Origin: an uncultured virus (IMG/VR IMGVR_UViG_3300048587_001148)
Lineage: Duplodnaviria > Heunggongvirae > Uroviricota > Caudoviricetes
Length of the DNA stretch: 64,000 nucleotides
Reading direction: 5' to 3' (one strand)
Virus record (IMG/VR): IMGVR_UViG_3300048587_001148
Part shown: positions 24,153-33,708 of the stretch, piece after piece
How positions within the stretch are numbered: position 1 is the first letter of the stretch
Layout: the number at the start of each line of letters is the position of its first letter
The notes under the pieces: generated by a model
Database searches by the model: none
What the model was told of the DNA's origin: nothing
The model's input: only the letters and a program-made list of their open reading frames with translations
Translations under genes and position numbers: made by a program

Positions 24153-26858
24153 ATGGCTTGCCTGCGCTTCTGGCGGAGGGCGTCCCGCCGCTTGGTCCTG
24201 GCGCCCTTCCTTGTCTCGGTTCTGCTGCACCCCCTCTCGCTGGCCGCCCAGGTTGCCGGCGATCCATCGGGCGGGTCTTCTGGTGGCGCTCGTAGCTTCA
24301 TCCCGCTCTTTGTGGTCGTCGCGGTCGTCGGCGTGCTCATCGGTGTCTTTGCTGCCCGGGCTATTGAGGGGATGCGGCGTGGGGCGGGCAACATGGACGG
24401 GCGTCCCGTCTGGCCGCGGGACTGGCCCCAAGATCACCAGCTCTTCACCGGTGACCCGTCACCCGACAAGCCTGGGTACCTCACGATCTCCCCCCGAAGC
24501 GCCGTGGGCTCTGGACACGCGCCGATGGGTCGGACATATCCGCGCTATCGCATCTTCCCCGACATCTATCCGTTCCGTGAGTGGCGGCGGCGTGTTGAGT
24601 GGTGGTCGTCGAAGCCCGTGTGGATTCCGTATATGAAGCGGTTCCAGCACTTCGGCGTGCTGGGCGCCACGGGTAAGGGAAAGTCGACGTCCTATGTCTA
24701 TCCCCAGCTCGCCTATGGGGCGTTCGAGAAGAACTCCGCCTACTTCGTTGTCGACGTCAAGAGCCCCGAGTTTGTGCGCGTCTTTGGGAACCTGTATCGC
24801 CGCAACGGCAAGCCCGTAATTTTCTTTGACCCCTTCAGCGAGGAAACTCTTGGCTTTGAGCCCCTATGGCGCTCGACGCCAGAAGCTCGGGACGAATTGG
24901 CGGAAGTCATCATGTCCTACTCGCTTAGCCCGCAGCCGGCACAGGAAGCGGGCAACAGTGAGTTCTTCAAGGACGGAGCCAAGCGGGTCTTGCGCGCCAT
25001 TCTGGACCTGGCGACCTATTGGCCACGACAACAGTGCAATCTCCCGGTGATCCAACAGCTCATCGGCGCCGGTGGCGATGCGATCGTGGAGGCCCTCTTG
25101 GCGGTGGGGGGATTGGAGCCGATGCCGGCAAATGGCTTCGGTCCCAAGCCACCTCCTAAATTCAATCCCGAGCGTGCGGCCAAGTTTGCGGTGCCGACCT
25201 GGGAGGCGGTGGAGGCCGCGCTGCCCGTGCTGCTCTCTGCGCGGACAGACAAGCTGCGTGCGGATTCACAGCACGAGACGCGTGATCCGCGTGTGGCAAG
25301 CGCCCTCGAGCTCCTCAATCGCTTGGGGTATGGTGGGGTCGGCATTATCCGTGAGCAGCGTCAGCGTCGCATCGCCCTGGCGGCAGGTCGTCTGTCGCAG
25401 GATGAATATGACGCAGCCTATCGGCAGATGGTCGCCACGCTCCGCGAGTATCTCGATGCGCGCCGCGCGGATTCTGAGCGCCTGCTCGTGAGTGTGGGCG
25501 AGTTTATCTCGATGCCCGACGAGACGCGCAACAGCGTCATTTCGACGATCACGAACAAGACGTCCTGGTTCAAGGATGGGGCCTTGGCACGCGCCTTCAG
25601 TCGGGACGAACTTCGGTTGGAGGTCCTCACGGAGAAGCCGTGCCTTGTGCTTATTGGGGCCCCGATGTCGAAGTTGCCCTACGGCTCACTCTTTGTGACG
25701 TCCATGGTTGCCAACATGATGCTGAGTGCTGTGTTCGAGCGCGGTCAGCGCATGTCGACGGGTGACAAGAGCGTGAGCAAGCACGGCATCTTCTTCATGT
25801 TGGACGAGTTCGTGCAGTTGATGATCAAGAAGGCTCCGCAGATTTTGGCGACGTTCCGTGGCTTCCGTAGTGGCCTCACCATGATCATCCAGGAGCGCGC
25901 ACAGTTGCGTCAGCTGTACGGTGAAGACATGGCGACCATGGAGGCCAACACCGTACACAAGGTGCTCCTGCAGGGGTCGCATGAGGAGAGCGCCGAGTTC
26001 TACAGCCAGAAGGCGGTGGGAATGGCGACGGTCACCAAGCGCTCGAAGAGTACGGGGTCGGGTGGGGACGTTTCTTACAGTGAGTCGACCGAGCGCGTGC
26101 CGCTCATGTCCGGCGCTGAAGTGAAGAACATGGAGATCAACGGGAAGATGTATCCGCAGCTCTGCCTCTCCGTGGGCGCCGACGTGCCAGCCTTCCCGAT
26201 GCGGAAGGTGGGGTATTACGAGGACCCCGATATCCGGCGGATCCTCGGCATGAAGCGACGCCTCGTCCGAGAGGATTCGGGCGGGAAGAAGACCTGGCGA
26301 TTCTGGGAGTGGCGCGAGGAGTGGTCAACGGTGATGGATGAGACGCCGTTCGTGGTGCGTGCCAAGGCGCTCCCGGCGGCCGAGCGGGTTGCTCGTCAGA
26401 AGCGTGATCCGTCCTTCCGTGATCAGACTTACCTCCGCCGGGTGGACCCGTATACCGACATTCTGGATGTATTTCTCGACGAGCAGGCACAGCACAGCGA
26501 TGAGTTGTTTGTCCCCCGCGTGGACTTGTCGCTGTTGGGGGTGGAGAAGGCCAACCCTGTCAAGACGCAGGCCCCTGCGGCTCCGAGTCAGCCATCCAGT
26601 GCGCCAGGCGCCTCGGCGGGTCAGGGTTCGCCTGCTGCGAGCGCGGATGACTTGATGGCTCCCGTGCTTCCGGCCTACACCGCTGATCTCCGGGATCTCC
26701 TGACGGACGATTACGATGCCGCTCTGGTTGCCGTGCTGCCCCTACCCGTGTCGGGTGGCTCGTTGGTTGAGCGTGTGGCGGCCGATGCGCCTACGAGCGA
26801 TGAGGTGCTCCCGTCTGACGAAGAAGACGCTGCTGGTGCTGACGAGGAGGGTGATTGA
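24153..26858 (+). CDS. virD4: Type IV coupling protein (VirD4/TraG-like ATPase) 2, 901 aa
   Basis: N-terminal hydrophobic segments; Walker A GATGKGKS; VVDVKSPE; Walker B FMLDEF; IQ..QL..LYG; acidic tail. Confidence 0.85.
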   Translation: MACLRFWRRASRRLVLAPFLVSVLLHPLSLAAQVAGDPSGGSSGGARSFIPLFVVVAVVGVLIGVFAARAIEGMRRGAGNMDGRPVWPRDWPQDHQLFTGDPSPDKPGYLTISPRSAVGSGHAPMGRTYPRYRIFPDIYPFREWRRRVEWWSSKPVWIPYMKRFQHFGVLGATGKGKSTSYVYPQLAYGAFEKNSAYFVVDVKSPEFVRVFGNLYRRNGKPVIFFDPFSEETLGFEPLWRSTPEARDELAEVIMSYSLSPQPAQEAGNSEFFKDGAKRVLRAILDLATYWPRQQCNLPVIQQLIGAGGDAIVEALLAVGGLEPMPANGFGPKPPPKFNPERAAKFAVPTWEAVEAALPVLLSARTDKLRADSQHETRDPRVASALELLNRLGYGGVGIIREQRQRRIALAAGRLSQDEYDAAYRQMVATLREYLDARRADSERLLVSVGEFISMPDETRNSVISTITNKTSWFKDGALARAFSRDELRLEVLTEKPCLVLIGAPMSKLPYGSLFVTSMVANMMLSAVFERGQRMSTGDKSVSKHGIFFMLDEFVQLMIKKAPQILATFRGFRSGLTMIIQERAQLRQLYGEDMATMEANTVHKVLLQGSHEESAEFYSQKAVGMATVTKRSKSTGSGGDVSYSESTERVPLMSGAEVKNMEINGKMYPQLCLSVGADVPAFPMRKVGYYEDPDIRRILGMKRRLVREDSGGKKTWRFWEWREEWSTVMDETPFVVRAKALPAAERVARQKRDPSFRDQTYLRRVDPYTDILDVFLDEQAQHSDELFVPRVDLSLLGVEKANPVKTQAPAAPSQPSSAPGASAGQGSPAASADDLMAPVLPAYTADLRDLLTDDYDAALVAVLPLPVSGGSLVERVAADAPTSDEVLPSDEEDAAGADEEGD

Positions 26859-27604
26859 TGCGCGCCGTGTATTGGGCTCCGGGGCTGACTGCTGGCGCGA
26901 GCCACACCCTGTCGAATGGTAGGGAGGTGGATGTCGTCGAGCCACAGGCCTACTACCGTCACTTGCTTCGCGTGCGCTCGAATGTCGTTTTGGTCATAGA
27001 GAACCTTCCGTCCGGTCTCGAGCCGCCGGTGTACCGCGCCATCGAGAAGGAGCTTCTGTCGGCGTACTGGAACGACCACAAAGGACTCGTACTTGGCCAG
27101 CGCGTACTGCGTTTTATCGCCACGGCGCATCGTTCGGACACCTCCAAGGGGCGCATCTGGTTGAGCACGGTCGATCGCATGCGTGAGGGGATCATTGGGG
27201 CAACCTCGCTGGGGACGGCCATTGAGCGGTACGGGGCGGCGCGCCAACAGCTTGTGCAGGCCGGGGTTCGCGGTCTCCTGCCAGAGCCGCATGTGGCCTA
27301 CGCGGAATTGGTGGCGGACATCCTGTTGCTGCAGCGAGGGATCCAGGAGGATGTGCGTGACCTTGAGCGAGCGGCGACCGAGCAGGAGACCACGCTCTAT
27401 GAGGTGATCCAGGAACGTGTGCAGTCCGGCGAGGGATACACCTTTGAGGAGTGCTATGCGCTCGCCATGTCCCCAGACGATGAGTTTCGCGGCACCATCT
27501 CGGCCGAGAAGCGTGCGCAACTCGTGCCGTGGGCGAAAGCCCGCCCCAAGCTGAAGGGTGGATTGTTGGCGGCGATGGGGATCGTGGTCCGGGACGAGGG
27601 TTGA
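26855..27604 (+). CDS. Hypothetical protein, 249 aa, coupled to coupling protein 2
   Basis: Start overlaps the upstream stop, GGAGG upstream; protein-like composition. Confidence 0.7.
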   Translation: MMRAVYWAPGLTAGASHTLSNGREVDVVEPQAYYRHLLRVRSNVVLVIENLPSGLEPPVYRAIEKELLSAYWNDHKGLVLGQRVLRFIATAHRSDTSKGRIWLSTVDRMREGIIGATSLGTAIERYGAARQQLVQAGVRGLLPEPHVAYAELVADILLLQRGIQEDVRDLERAATEQETTLYEVIQERVQSGEGYTFEECYALAMSPDDEFRGTISAEKRAQLVPWAKARPKLKGGLLAAMGIVVRDEG

Positions 27605-27735
27605 GCTCCGGCTCCCGGGACAGCGACTCCCCTGGGGGATGGAGCTCGGGGGGATCGCAGGTGCCACGTGGGGTCGGCTGAGGCTGTTCTTGGTCGTGTC
27701 CATGCCCCCGTGTGGTGTTCGCGGGGGCATGCGGG

Positions 27736-27999
27736 TTACGACTTGACTCCCGTTGGCCCTGACGAGGGGGTCTGTACGGGGAGCGACGCCGGGATCTCCA
27801 GTTGGGTGATCTTGCCGCGCATCAGGTCCAGCAGGCCGTCGAGGATGACGTGGCAGAGGTGGACAACTTGAGACCGGTGGCCGCTCGCAGCCTCCTGGAT
27901 CCGGTATGCTTCCGCGAGCGAGACGTTGTAGTATCGCTGCATGAGCGTGTCGAACACGATCTCATCCCGGTTGGGGGTCTGCTGCGATGTGCCTGCCAT
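27736..27999 (-). CDS. Hypothetical protein, 87 aa
   Basis: AGGAG upstream of ATG; same strand as the T4SS operon. Confidence 0.6.
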   Translation of the reverse strand: MAGTSQQTPNRDEIVFDTLMQRYYNVSLAEAYRIQEAASGHRSQVVHLCHVILDGLLDLMRGKITQLEIPASLPVQTPSSGPTGVKS

Positions 28000-28149
28000 G
28001 GTCGGACTCCTGCAATGGGTATTCGTTGAACTCTATCCCATTTACGTCGCAATCGGGAGTTCCGTTGCCTCCGGCCGCTGGCCGGGTTGATGGACCCAGC
28101 CCCGGTCCGATCGCGGCCGGGGAGTTCGGGGGCGTTGGGCCCTGGCTAT

Positions 28150-28440
28150 TCAGAGTACGGGCAGGTCGTCGTCGTGGGGTGGCGGAGTACCATCCGGTGG
28201 GAGCCCCAGTTGGTCCATCTGTTCCGCGAGGGCCTGTCCCCCAAGGAAGTATGCCGCTGCGAGGGCGATGAGCGCGACGGTCATCGCGCTCGCCACCCAT
28301 ACGATCACCGTAGACCAGGTGGTGGCCGAGGGCGTGAGGACGGCGATCGCTCCGCAGGCTGCCGCCGCCGTCATGGCGTATAGCCCTTCCTTCATGCCCC
28401 GCGGGAAGCCGCCGGCGGGGGATTTCGGTGGGGTGGACAC
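28150..28440 (-). CDS. Small membrane protein, 96 aa
   Basis: Two hydrophobic segments; starts 3 nt after the OmpA-family stop. Confidence 0.6.
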   Translation of the reverse strand: MSTPPKSPAGGFPRGMKEGLYAMTAAAACGAIAVLTPSATTWSTVIVWVASAMTVALIALAAAYFLGGQALAEQMDQLGLPPDGTPPPHDDDLPVL

Positions 28441-28443
28441 GGC

Positions 28444-29529
28444 CTACTGAATGCCGGGGACAATCTCGTGGACGACCAGTACGATCTTCCGGGCTTGCAT
28501 GCTGTTTTTGAACTGTGGATTCACCCCCACAACCTTCACTTGCATGCGCTCTTCGGGGATCTCCTGGATCCGTGCGAGGTAGTCCCGGATGGCGGTGCCA
28601 CGGCGTTCGGCCAGTGACTGGTTGATCGCAATGCCGCCGATGGCGTCGGTGTACCCAATCAGCTCGAGTTCGGCGGTCGGGTTGGCCTTCAGGTAGGCCG
28701 CGGTGGCTTGGAGCATGGGGAACGCGCTCTGCGGGATCCCGTGGGCACCGAGGTCGTAATGGATCTCGCCGGCGGCCTTGGAGGTGGTTGCTGTTCCGAA
28801 GCTCTTGGGTGGTGCCGCTTCAGGGTGGCGGTGGGGGAGGGGCTGCAGGACGCCCGGTGGGGTTTGGGCCGCGATCGGCTGGAACGTGGCGTCTGTAGCC
28901 AGCGGCAGCCAGCGGTCGTCAAGCGACATCCCGGGCGCGCGCTTGCGGAAGAGGAAGCCGGCTTCGATGGCGAGGAATGGCGTCGTGGCGACCCCGCGAG
29001 AGCCAAACGCGATCGCTCCCAATTCGTTGATTCGTGCGAGCGTGAACTGGGCTCCCCCGCGGAGGGTCGCCGTCAGGGGGCCGGCGATGGGGAGCCTCAG
29101 GCTGAGGCCGAGGGCGCCGAAGGGGGTGATCCGAGTCTCTTCGGGTGTTCCGCCAACAGCCCCGAGGGAGAATTCATGAGCCCCACCACCAAGCGTGAGC
29201 CCTACCGAGCGCTGGTGCCCGACGAGAGTCTGACGCCACTCGGCGCTGAATGACCGCTGGCGTTGACTCCGAATGTCGCCCACCGGTGCGATGATGTCGG
29301 GGAATTGGGTAAATCGGAGTTCCAGTTGGCCGCCGCCGGTGAGGCCCAAGACCCCGCCGAGGCTACCGCCCACCATGTCCACGCCTCCCAGGCGATCGCT
29401 CGTGATGACGCCTACCGCGCCCCCCGTGAGGCCGGAGGCGGCGCGTTGAGCCGACAGGGCGGAAGTCCATCCGGTCGCAAGGAGCGCAATGGGCAGGAGG
29501 AGCTGAGGGCGGCGTGTGAAATGGGTCAT
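28444..29529 (-). CDS. OmpA-family outer-membrane protein, 361 aa
   Basis: Signal peptide, beta-strand-rich N-domain, C-terminal IGYTD..G...N..LAERR peptidoglycan-binding motif; ATG 29529 in ATGA overlap. Confidence 0.85.
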   Translation of the reverse strand: MTHFTRRPQLLLPIALLATGWTSALSAQRAASGLTGGAVGVITSDRLGGVDMVGGSLGGVLGLTGGGQLELRFTQFPDIIAPVGDIRSQRQRSFSAEWRQTLVGHQRSVGLTLGGGAHEFSLGAVGGTPEETRITPFGALGLSLRLPIAGPLTATLRGGAQFTLARINELGAIAFGSRGVATTPFLAIEAGFLFRKRAPGMSLDDRWLPLATDATFQPIAAQTPPGVLQPLPHRHPEAAPPKSFGTATTSKAAGEIHYDLGAHGIPQSAFPMLQATAAYLKANPTAELELIGYTDAIGGIAINQSLAERRGTAIRDYLARIQEIPEERMQVKVVGVNPQFKNSMQARKIVLVVHEIVPGIQ

Positions 29530-30056
29530 GGCGGGGTCCCTGGAAGGCGGTACATACGGAAGGTGTTGTTGAGGTCGGCGAGGGCAACGCCGGCCGTGTC
29601 GATCACTATGATGCCTGGGGCGAAGCCAGATCGAGAATCCCACCCGCCCGTCAGGTTTCTCAGGTGGGCCCGCCACGCGACCGCGAGCCTCGAGACGGCG
29701 TTCGCGGTGATGGTGTCGCCCATGACCTGGGGCCATGCCCCGAGGAAGACGTACAGGTTCCCGCGTTTGTCCACCCAATGGGCCTGGATGAGTCCCGCAT
29801 TGGTGGAGTTGACCGTCGCCACCCAGTGGTCCGCTGACTCCCGGAGGCCAGCGGGCGCCTCGGGGACCATGGTGGTGTCGATGGCTGCCTCACCCACCTG
29901 CGGCGCGCGCGCGCCCGTGCTGAGGCGCCAGTACCAGTATCCGTATTGGAATGCGACCCCGGCCAGCAGGAGTCCTCCCAGGAGCCCGAGATTCCGCCAT
30001 CGCAGCAGGGTGCGCCGCGGTGGCGTGCGGGGGGCGTCGGGCCTGACGTTTCTCAT
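29526..30056 (-). CDS. Hypothetical bitopic membrane protein, 176 aa
   Basis: Single N-terminal TM; ATGA overlaps at both ends. Confidence 0.7.
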   Translation of the reverse strand: MRNVRPDAPRTPPRRTLLRWRNLGLLGGLLLAGVAFQYGYWYWRLSTGARAPQVGEAAIDTTMVPEAPAGLRESADHWVATVNSTNAGLIQAHWVDKRGNLYVFLGAWPQVMGDTITANAVSRLAVAWRAHLRNLTGGWDSRSGFAPGIIVIDTAGVALADLNNTFRMYRLPGTPP

Positions 30057-30592
30057 CGGTCGAACGGTGATCGGTAAATCCGGATGGGGCCCTTGCGGGG
30101 TTGCACGGCAAGGGCACCGCGAATGCCCTTGTACGTCAAGGCAATCGGCGCCATCCCGCGTTCGCCACCAATGTTGGTGTCCCCGTTGCTGATCCGGATC
30201 ATCGTGTAGGTGGCTGCAACGGACTCAAACCACTGCTGTCTCTCGTTGGGGCGCAGGGTCTGCCACATGGTGACGGGCCGCGCGGGGGACGGGGGGGCGA
30301 ACTCGAGGACAAGTGTGCTGTCACTGGTGTAGCGCCAGCCGGTGAAGCCGAGGGTTCCCCCTTGGCGTGCGGCCGCCATTTCCAGGCTGCTGATGAAGAA
30401 GTTGGGCAGTTCCTCGGCAGAGAGCACCTCGGCGCTTGTCGCGGGGGGGTCAGGGAGTGACCATTCGGCCACAGCCAGCCCGAAGAATGCCCCCAGCACG
30501 AGCATGCCCCAGGTGCGGGGCGTGTTCCAGCCGCGGAGGGTATCCTTCCAGCCTTGCCCCGGAGAGGGGCGCGTCTTCCGGCTTTGGGCCAT
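30053..30592 (-). CDS. Hypothetical bitopic membrane protein, 179 aa
   Basis: Start ATG 30592 directly after the VirB10-like stop; single TM. Confidence 0.7.
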   Translation of the reverse strand: MAQSRKTRPSPGQGWKDTLRGWNTPRTWGMLVLGAFFGLAVAEWSLPDPPATSAEVLSAEELPNFFISSLEMAAARQGGTLGFTGWRYTSDSTLVLEFAPPSPARPVTMWQTLRPNERQQWFESVAATYTMIRISNGDTNIGGERGMAPIALTYKGIRGALAVQPRKGPIRIYRSPFDR

Positions 30593-30593
30593 T

Positions 30594-31955
30594 TCAGAGG
30601 CCGAACAGAATGATGAATTCTGTTCCCCGCTCGAGGACCACTTCCACCGGCACGTCGTTCGGGTCGGCCTGGTTCCCGAGGAAGATCTGCTGGAGGCTAT
30701 TGCCAGCATTGTCGAGCACTGTGGTGAGGGCCGACCGTTGCTCCACGCAACCCGTCAGCGAGCAGGTCACCCCGCGGTTGTCCGGGTTCAGGGTTGCCAC
30801 GAGGGCCGCTGACCCTGTCGAGAGACCAAGTAGGGCAAGGCGCTGGTTGTATCGGTTGTTCGTCCGCGCCGCCACGGAGACGGTGAGTGTCCGTGGGTCT
30901 CCTGCCATCCCGTTGAGTCCTGTGACGACCCGTCCGTTGGGGAGGGTGAAGCGCGTGAAGTTCATCTGCACCCGTGCGGGTACGCCAGCTCCTCCAATGC
31001 TTCCGGTCGCTTGCCCCTGGGCGATCGTCCCGGCCGGCAACACGGTTTTGCCGTCGACGCGCAGCGGCGACGTGAGCCTGGCCTGGACAGGCCCTGCCCC
31101 CGGGTACGCGCTGTTGTAGGTGCTCATCATTTCGGCACGTGCGTGCGTGTCGTAGCGGAGGAGGGAGGGGTCGATATTGCCGAGATCACCACTCGCCCCA
31201 TCGCCACCTTCTCCGGGGAGGGGGCCGATCGCGGACTGACCCTGCGCATCTCCCTTGTACAATGTCACGGTGACCCCGCGGAGTTTTTCGAGCCGCGCGG
31301 CTTCGGCGGCTGCGCGCGCCGCACGCATGGAGTCCGCGCGCATCTCTCGCAGCTGCTGCCCCGCCACGCGATCGATGGAGTCGCGAAGGGCTTGGTTCTC
31401 AGCGAGCAGTAACGCGGCATTCTCTTCAAGTGTGTCGTTGGTGGCGCCGGATTGTCCGAGTAGCCCTCCGTTGGCTGGCAAGCCACCAGGGCCTAGGTCT
31501 CCGAAGGTGCTGGTGCCGTTGTCGACGCCGTACCCGCCCGCGCTGCCCGGCGTGGTCGTATAGGGGTTTGGAGTGTCCTCCTGGTAGGGCACGAGATCTC
31601 GATCCAGATTGCCACCCAGGGCGGCATCGACGATGGTCATGGTATCGAAGCCGATGCCCGTATTGGTCCCGTCCCCCCGGCCTTGGCCGGAGTCGGCGGC
31701 GATAGCGGTGCCTGGCGCAGGGCCTGTTGCCTCATCCCCATTCGGCAGAAACAGCTTGACCAGAAAGAGGGTGAGCAGGACGGCCACGCCGGCAAAGACC
31801 ATTTTGGCGCGTCGCTTGTTCTGTCGCTGCCCTTCCATGATCGGGTCAGCACTCATTCCGTCGTCGCTGGGCTCCCTGGACCCCCCGAGCGTTTCCTCGG
31901 AGGCGTCAAGGTTCAGGCCCTCAAACAGGTCGTCGTTCTGGTCGAAGCTGCTCAT
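30594..31955 (-). CDS. VirB10/TrbI-like T4SS core protein, 453 aa
   Basis: Acidic N-terminus, TM, coiled region, PVQARLT..VLPAGT..G..RVQMNFTRFTLPNG, C-terminal V..GT.F.I. Confidence 0.8.
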   Translation of the reverse strand: MSSFDQNDDLFEGLNLDASEETLGGSREPSDDGMSADPIMEGQRQNKRRAKMVFAGVAVLLTLFLVKLFLPNGDEATGPAPGTAIAADSGQGRGDGTNTGIGFDTMTIVDAALGGNLDRDLVPYQEDTPNPYTTTPGSAGGYGVDNGTSTFGDLGPGGLPANGGLLGQSGATNDTLEENAALLLAENQALRDSIDRVAGQQLREMRADSMRAARAAAEAARLEKLRGVTVTLYKGDAQGQSAIGPLPGEGGDGASGDLGNIDPSLLRYDTHARAEMMSTYNSAYPGAGPVQARLTSPLRVDGKTVLPAGTIAQGQATGSIGGAGVPARVQMNFTRFTLPNGRVVTGLNGMAGDPRTLTVSVAARTNNRYNQRLALLGLSTGSAALVATLNPDNRGVTCSLTGCVEQRSALTTVLDNAGNSLQQIFLGNQADPNDVPVEVVLERGTEFIILFGL

Positions 31956-32941
31956 CGGTATGCCTCACCGCCGGCTGGGGGTGCTCCGGGCGCCCGAAGT
32001 CCACGCAGGAGTCCTTCCGCTTTGGCGATCAGGCGCCCCTCGCGCGCAGAGAGCTCCAAGGTGATCGTTTCTTCCTCGCCAAGGATCGGCATCTCCATCA
32101 CAAGCAGCCCTCGGATCCGGCGGGCCGCCGGGATCGCTTCGCTGGTGCGGCGATCCTGGACGTCATAGACGTCGATGCGCTGGGTTCTCCCGAGCGAGCC
32201 GGGGCGATTGATCTGCACGCGGAACATGGCATCGTGAATCTCGGCGTTCGATCGATTCTCGAGTGTGTACCGGATGTAGAGTTGTGGCCGGCCGGTCGGG
32301 TCGGGGAGGACCTGCGCTGTCTCGATGATGAGGGCCATCTGGTCCCGCCCGTCGCCATCGGCCGTGACCCGCCTGTTGATGGCGAGCACGTCCCCCGCGT
32401 ACAACAGCCTCTGCTGCAGCTGCTCCTCGGTGACGGCCAGCACGCGCCGCTCGAATGCGTCCTGAAGCCGCATGGCGATGGCCGCCTCGGTCGCGTTGAT
32501 GTGCTCGGCCCGCGGGTCGGCGAATTCCATCTGGTAGACCATTGGGGTCATGGAGTCCGTGCGGACCAGGAAAGTCAGGAGGGTGCGTTGTGCATCCCGG
32601 AGCCTGATGGACATGCTTGTCTCTGCCCGCGCCAGCGAACGGCCGAGCAATACCACGCGGTTGCTGTCGATTTCAGCCGAGAAGAGGGTATTATCGCCCA
32701 CGCGGATGTCATCGACCATGTACGGGAAGAGGACGTCCATGTGGCGGAACGGGTGCAGGTTGATCACCTGAATGGATCGATTGGCCATGGAGACTCGGGC
32801 GATTTCCATGGTCGGAGCCCCGATGATTCGCCCCTGGCTGCGGGGAGAGGTCACCGGGTCTTGCCAGGTGACCGGTGCTTGCCCCGAGAGCGGGGCCGCT
32901 CCAAGCGCGAGGGCCATCAGGGGGAAGAGTGAGGTGCGCAT
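31952..32941 (-). CDS. Exported T4SS core protein, VirB9-like by position
   Basis: Signal peptide, beta-rich N-domain; lies between the VirB8-like and VirB10-like genes. Confidence 0.55.
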   Translation of the reverse strand: MRTSLFPLMALALGAAPLSGQAPVTWQDPVTSPRSQGRIIGAPTMEIARVSMANRSIQVINLHPFRHMDVLFPYMVDDIRVGDNTLFSAEIDSNRVVLLGRSLARAETSMSIRLRDAQRTLLTFLVRTDSMTPMVYQMEFADPRAEHINATEAAIAMRLQDAFERRVLAVTEEQLQQRLLYAGDVLAINRRVTADGDGRDQMALIIETAQVLPDPTGRPQLYIRYTLENRSNAEIHDAMFRVQINRPGSLGRTQRIDVYDVQDRRTSEAIPAARRIRGLLVMEMPILGEEETITLELSAREGRLIAKAEGLLRGLRAPGAPPAGGEAYR

Positions 32942-33624
32942 CAAATGACCCGATTCTCGCCGGTACCGGACACTATGTAGCCCAGTGGGTTGACTGTTTC
33001 CGGCACGCTGCGCAGGCGTAGGGTGAGGGTCGGCTTCCGCTCGATCGGGACCCCCGACCCTGGCGTGCCGTCATTGAAGGTGATGACGGCGGTCGCGGGG
33101 ATCGTCACGGTAAACTCCCCGTCTTGGCTAACAACCGGCTGGATGGCGCTGAGGTCAAGTCGAAGATCCACCGTCAGTCGGCGGTCGAGGACGCTCGCCC
33201 GGAGGTCCATCGCCTTCAGTTTCTCGCGTTCGACGTTGGCCGCGTCCGACGACATGAGGGTGAGCGAGTTTACGACGGGACGCAGGTTGGTCCAGTCGTA
33301 CGCGTAGCGGGCTTGGGCGAACTGCCTGATGACTTCTGTGAGGCGCGCGGGCGAGTAGCTCTTGTTCCCGATCACCAGGGTCGAGTCCGGCTTCCAGATG
33401 ACGGCCTGTTGCCCCTCGAGCGTCACGAAGCTGACAGCCGGTCGGAACTTGGCGGTCACCGTCAGGAGAGTGATCCCCAGGACGACAATCACCACGCCGA
33501 GGAAGATCACGAGCAACCAGAGGCGGTTATGGAACACCAGGTGTTCCGCGTACTTCTCTTGGTCGGGTCCCCCCGCCGGATCGGCGGGCAGATCGACCAT
33601 GTGGGGGGGCGGGAAGCGGGTCAT
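32941..33624 (-). CDS. VirB8/TrbF-like protein, 227 aa
   Basis: N-terminal TM, F...RY.YD, C-terminal NPLGY motif. Confidence 0.7.
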   Translation of the reverse strand: MTRFPPPHMVDLPADPAGGPDQEKYAEHLVFHNRLWLLVIFLGVVIVVLGITLLTVTAKFRPAVSFVTLEGQQAVIWKPDSTLVIGNKSYSPARLTEVIRQFAQARYAYDWTNLRPVVNSLTLMSSDAANVEREKLKAMDLRASVLDRRLTVDLRLDLSAIQPVVSQDGEFTVTIPATAVITFNDGTPGSGVPIERKPTLTLRLRSVPETVNPLGYIVSGTGENRVI

Positions 33625-33654
33625 GGGGCCTGTGGAGGGAAGATGCTAAGGGAA

Positions 33655-33688
33655 GGGCCGGGGCTGGCCTCTTAGCCAACCCCGGCCC
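33655..33688. terminator. GC-rich hairpin (14-bp arms, 1 mismatch) between the VirB6-like and VirB8-like genes
   Basis: GGGCCGGGGCTGGC-ctctta-GCCAACCCCGGCCC. Confidence 0.5.
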
Positions 33689-33708
33689 GGTTTTGCTCCC
33701 CGGATTGG

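Noticed and set aside
26711..27730. 339-aa minus-strand ORF
   Set aside because: It is antisense to the 26855-27604 gene, which has an RBS and is coupled to the upstream T4CP.
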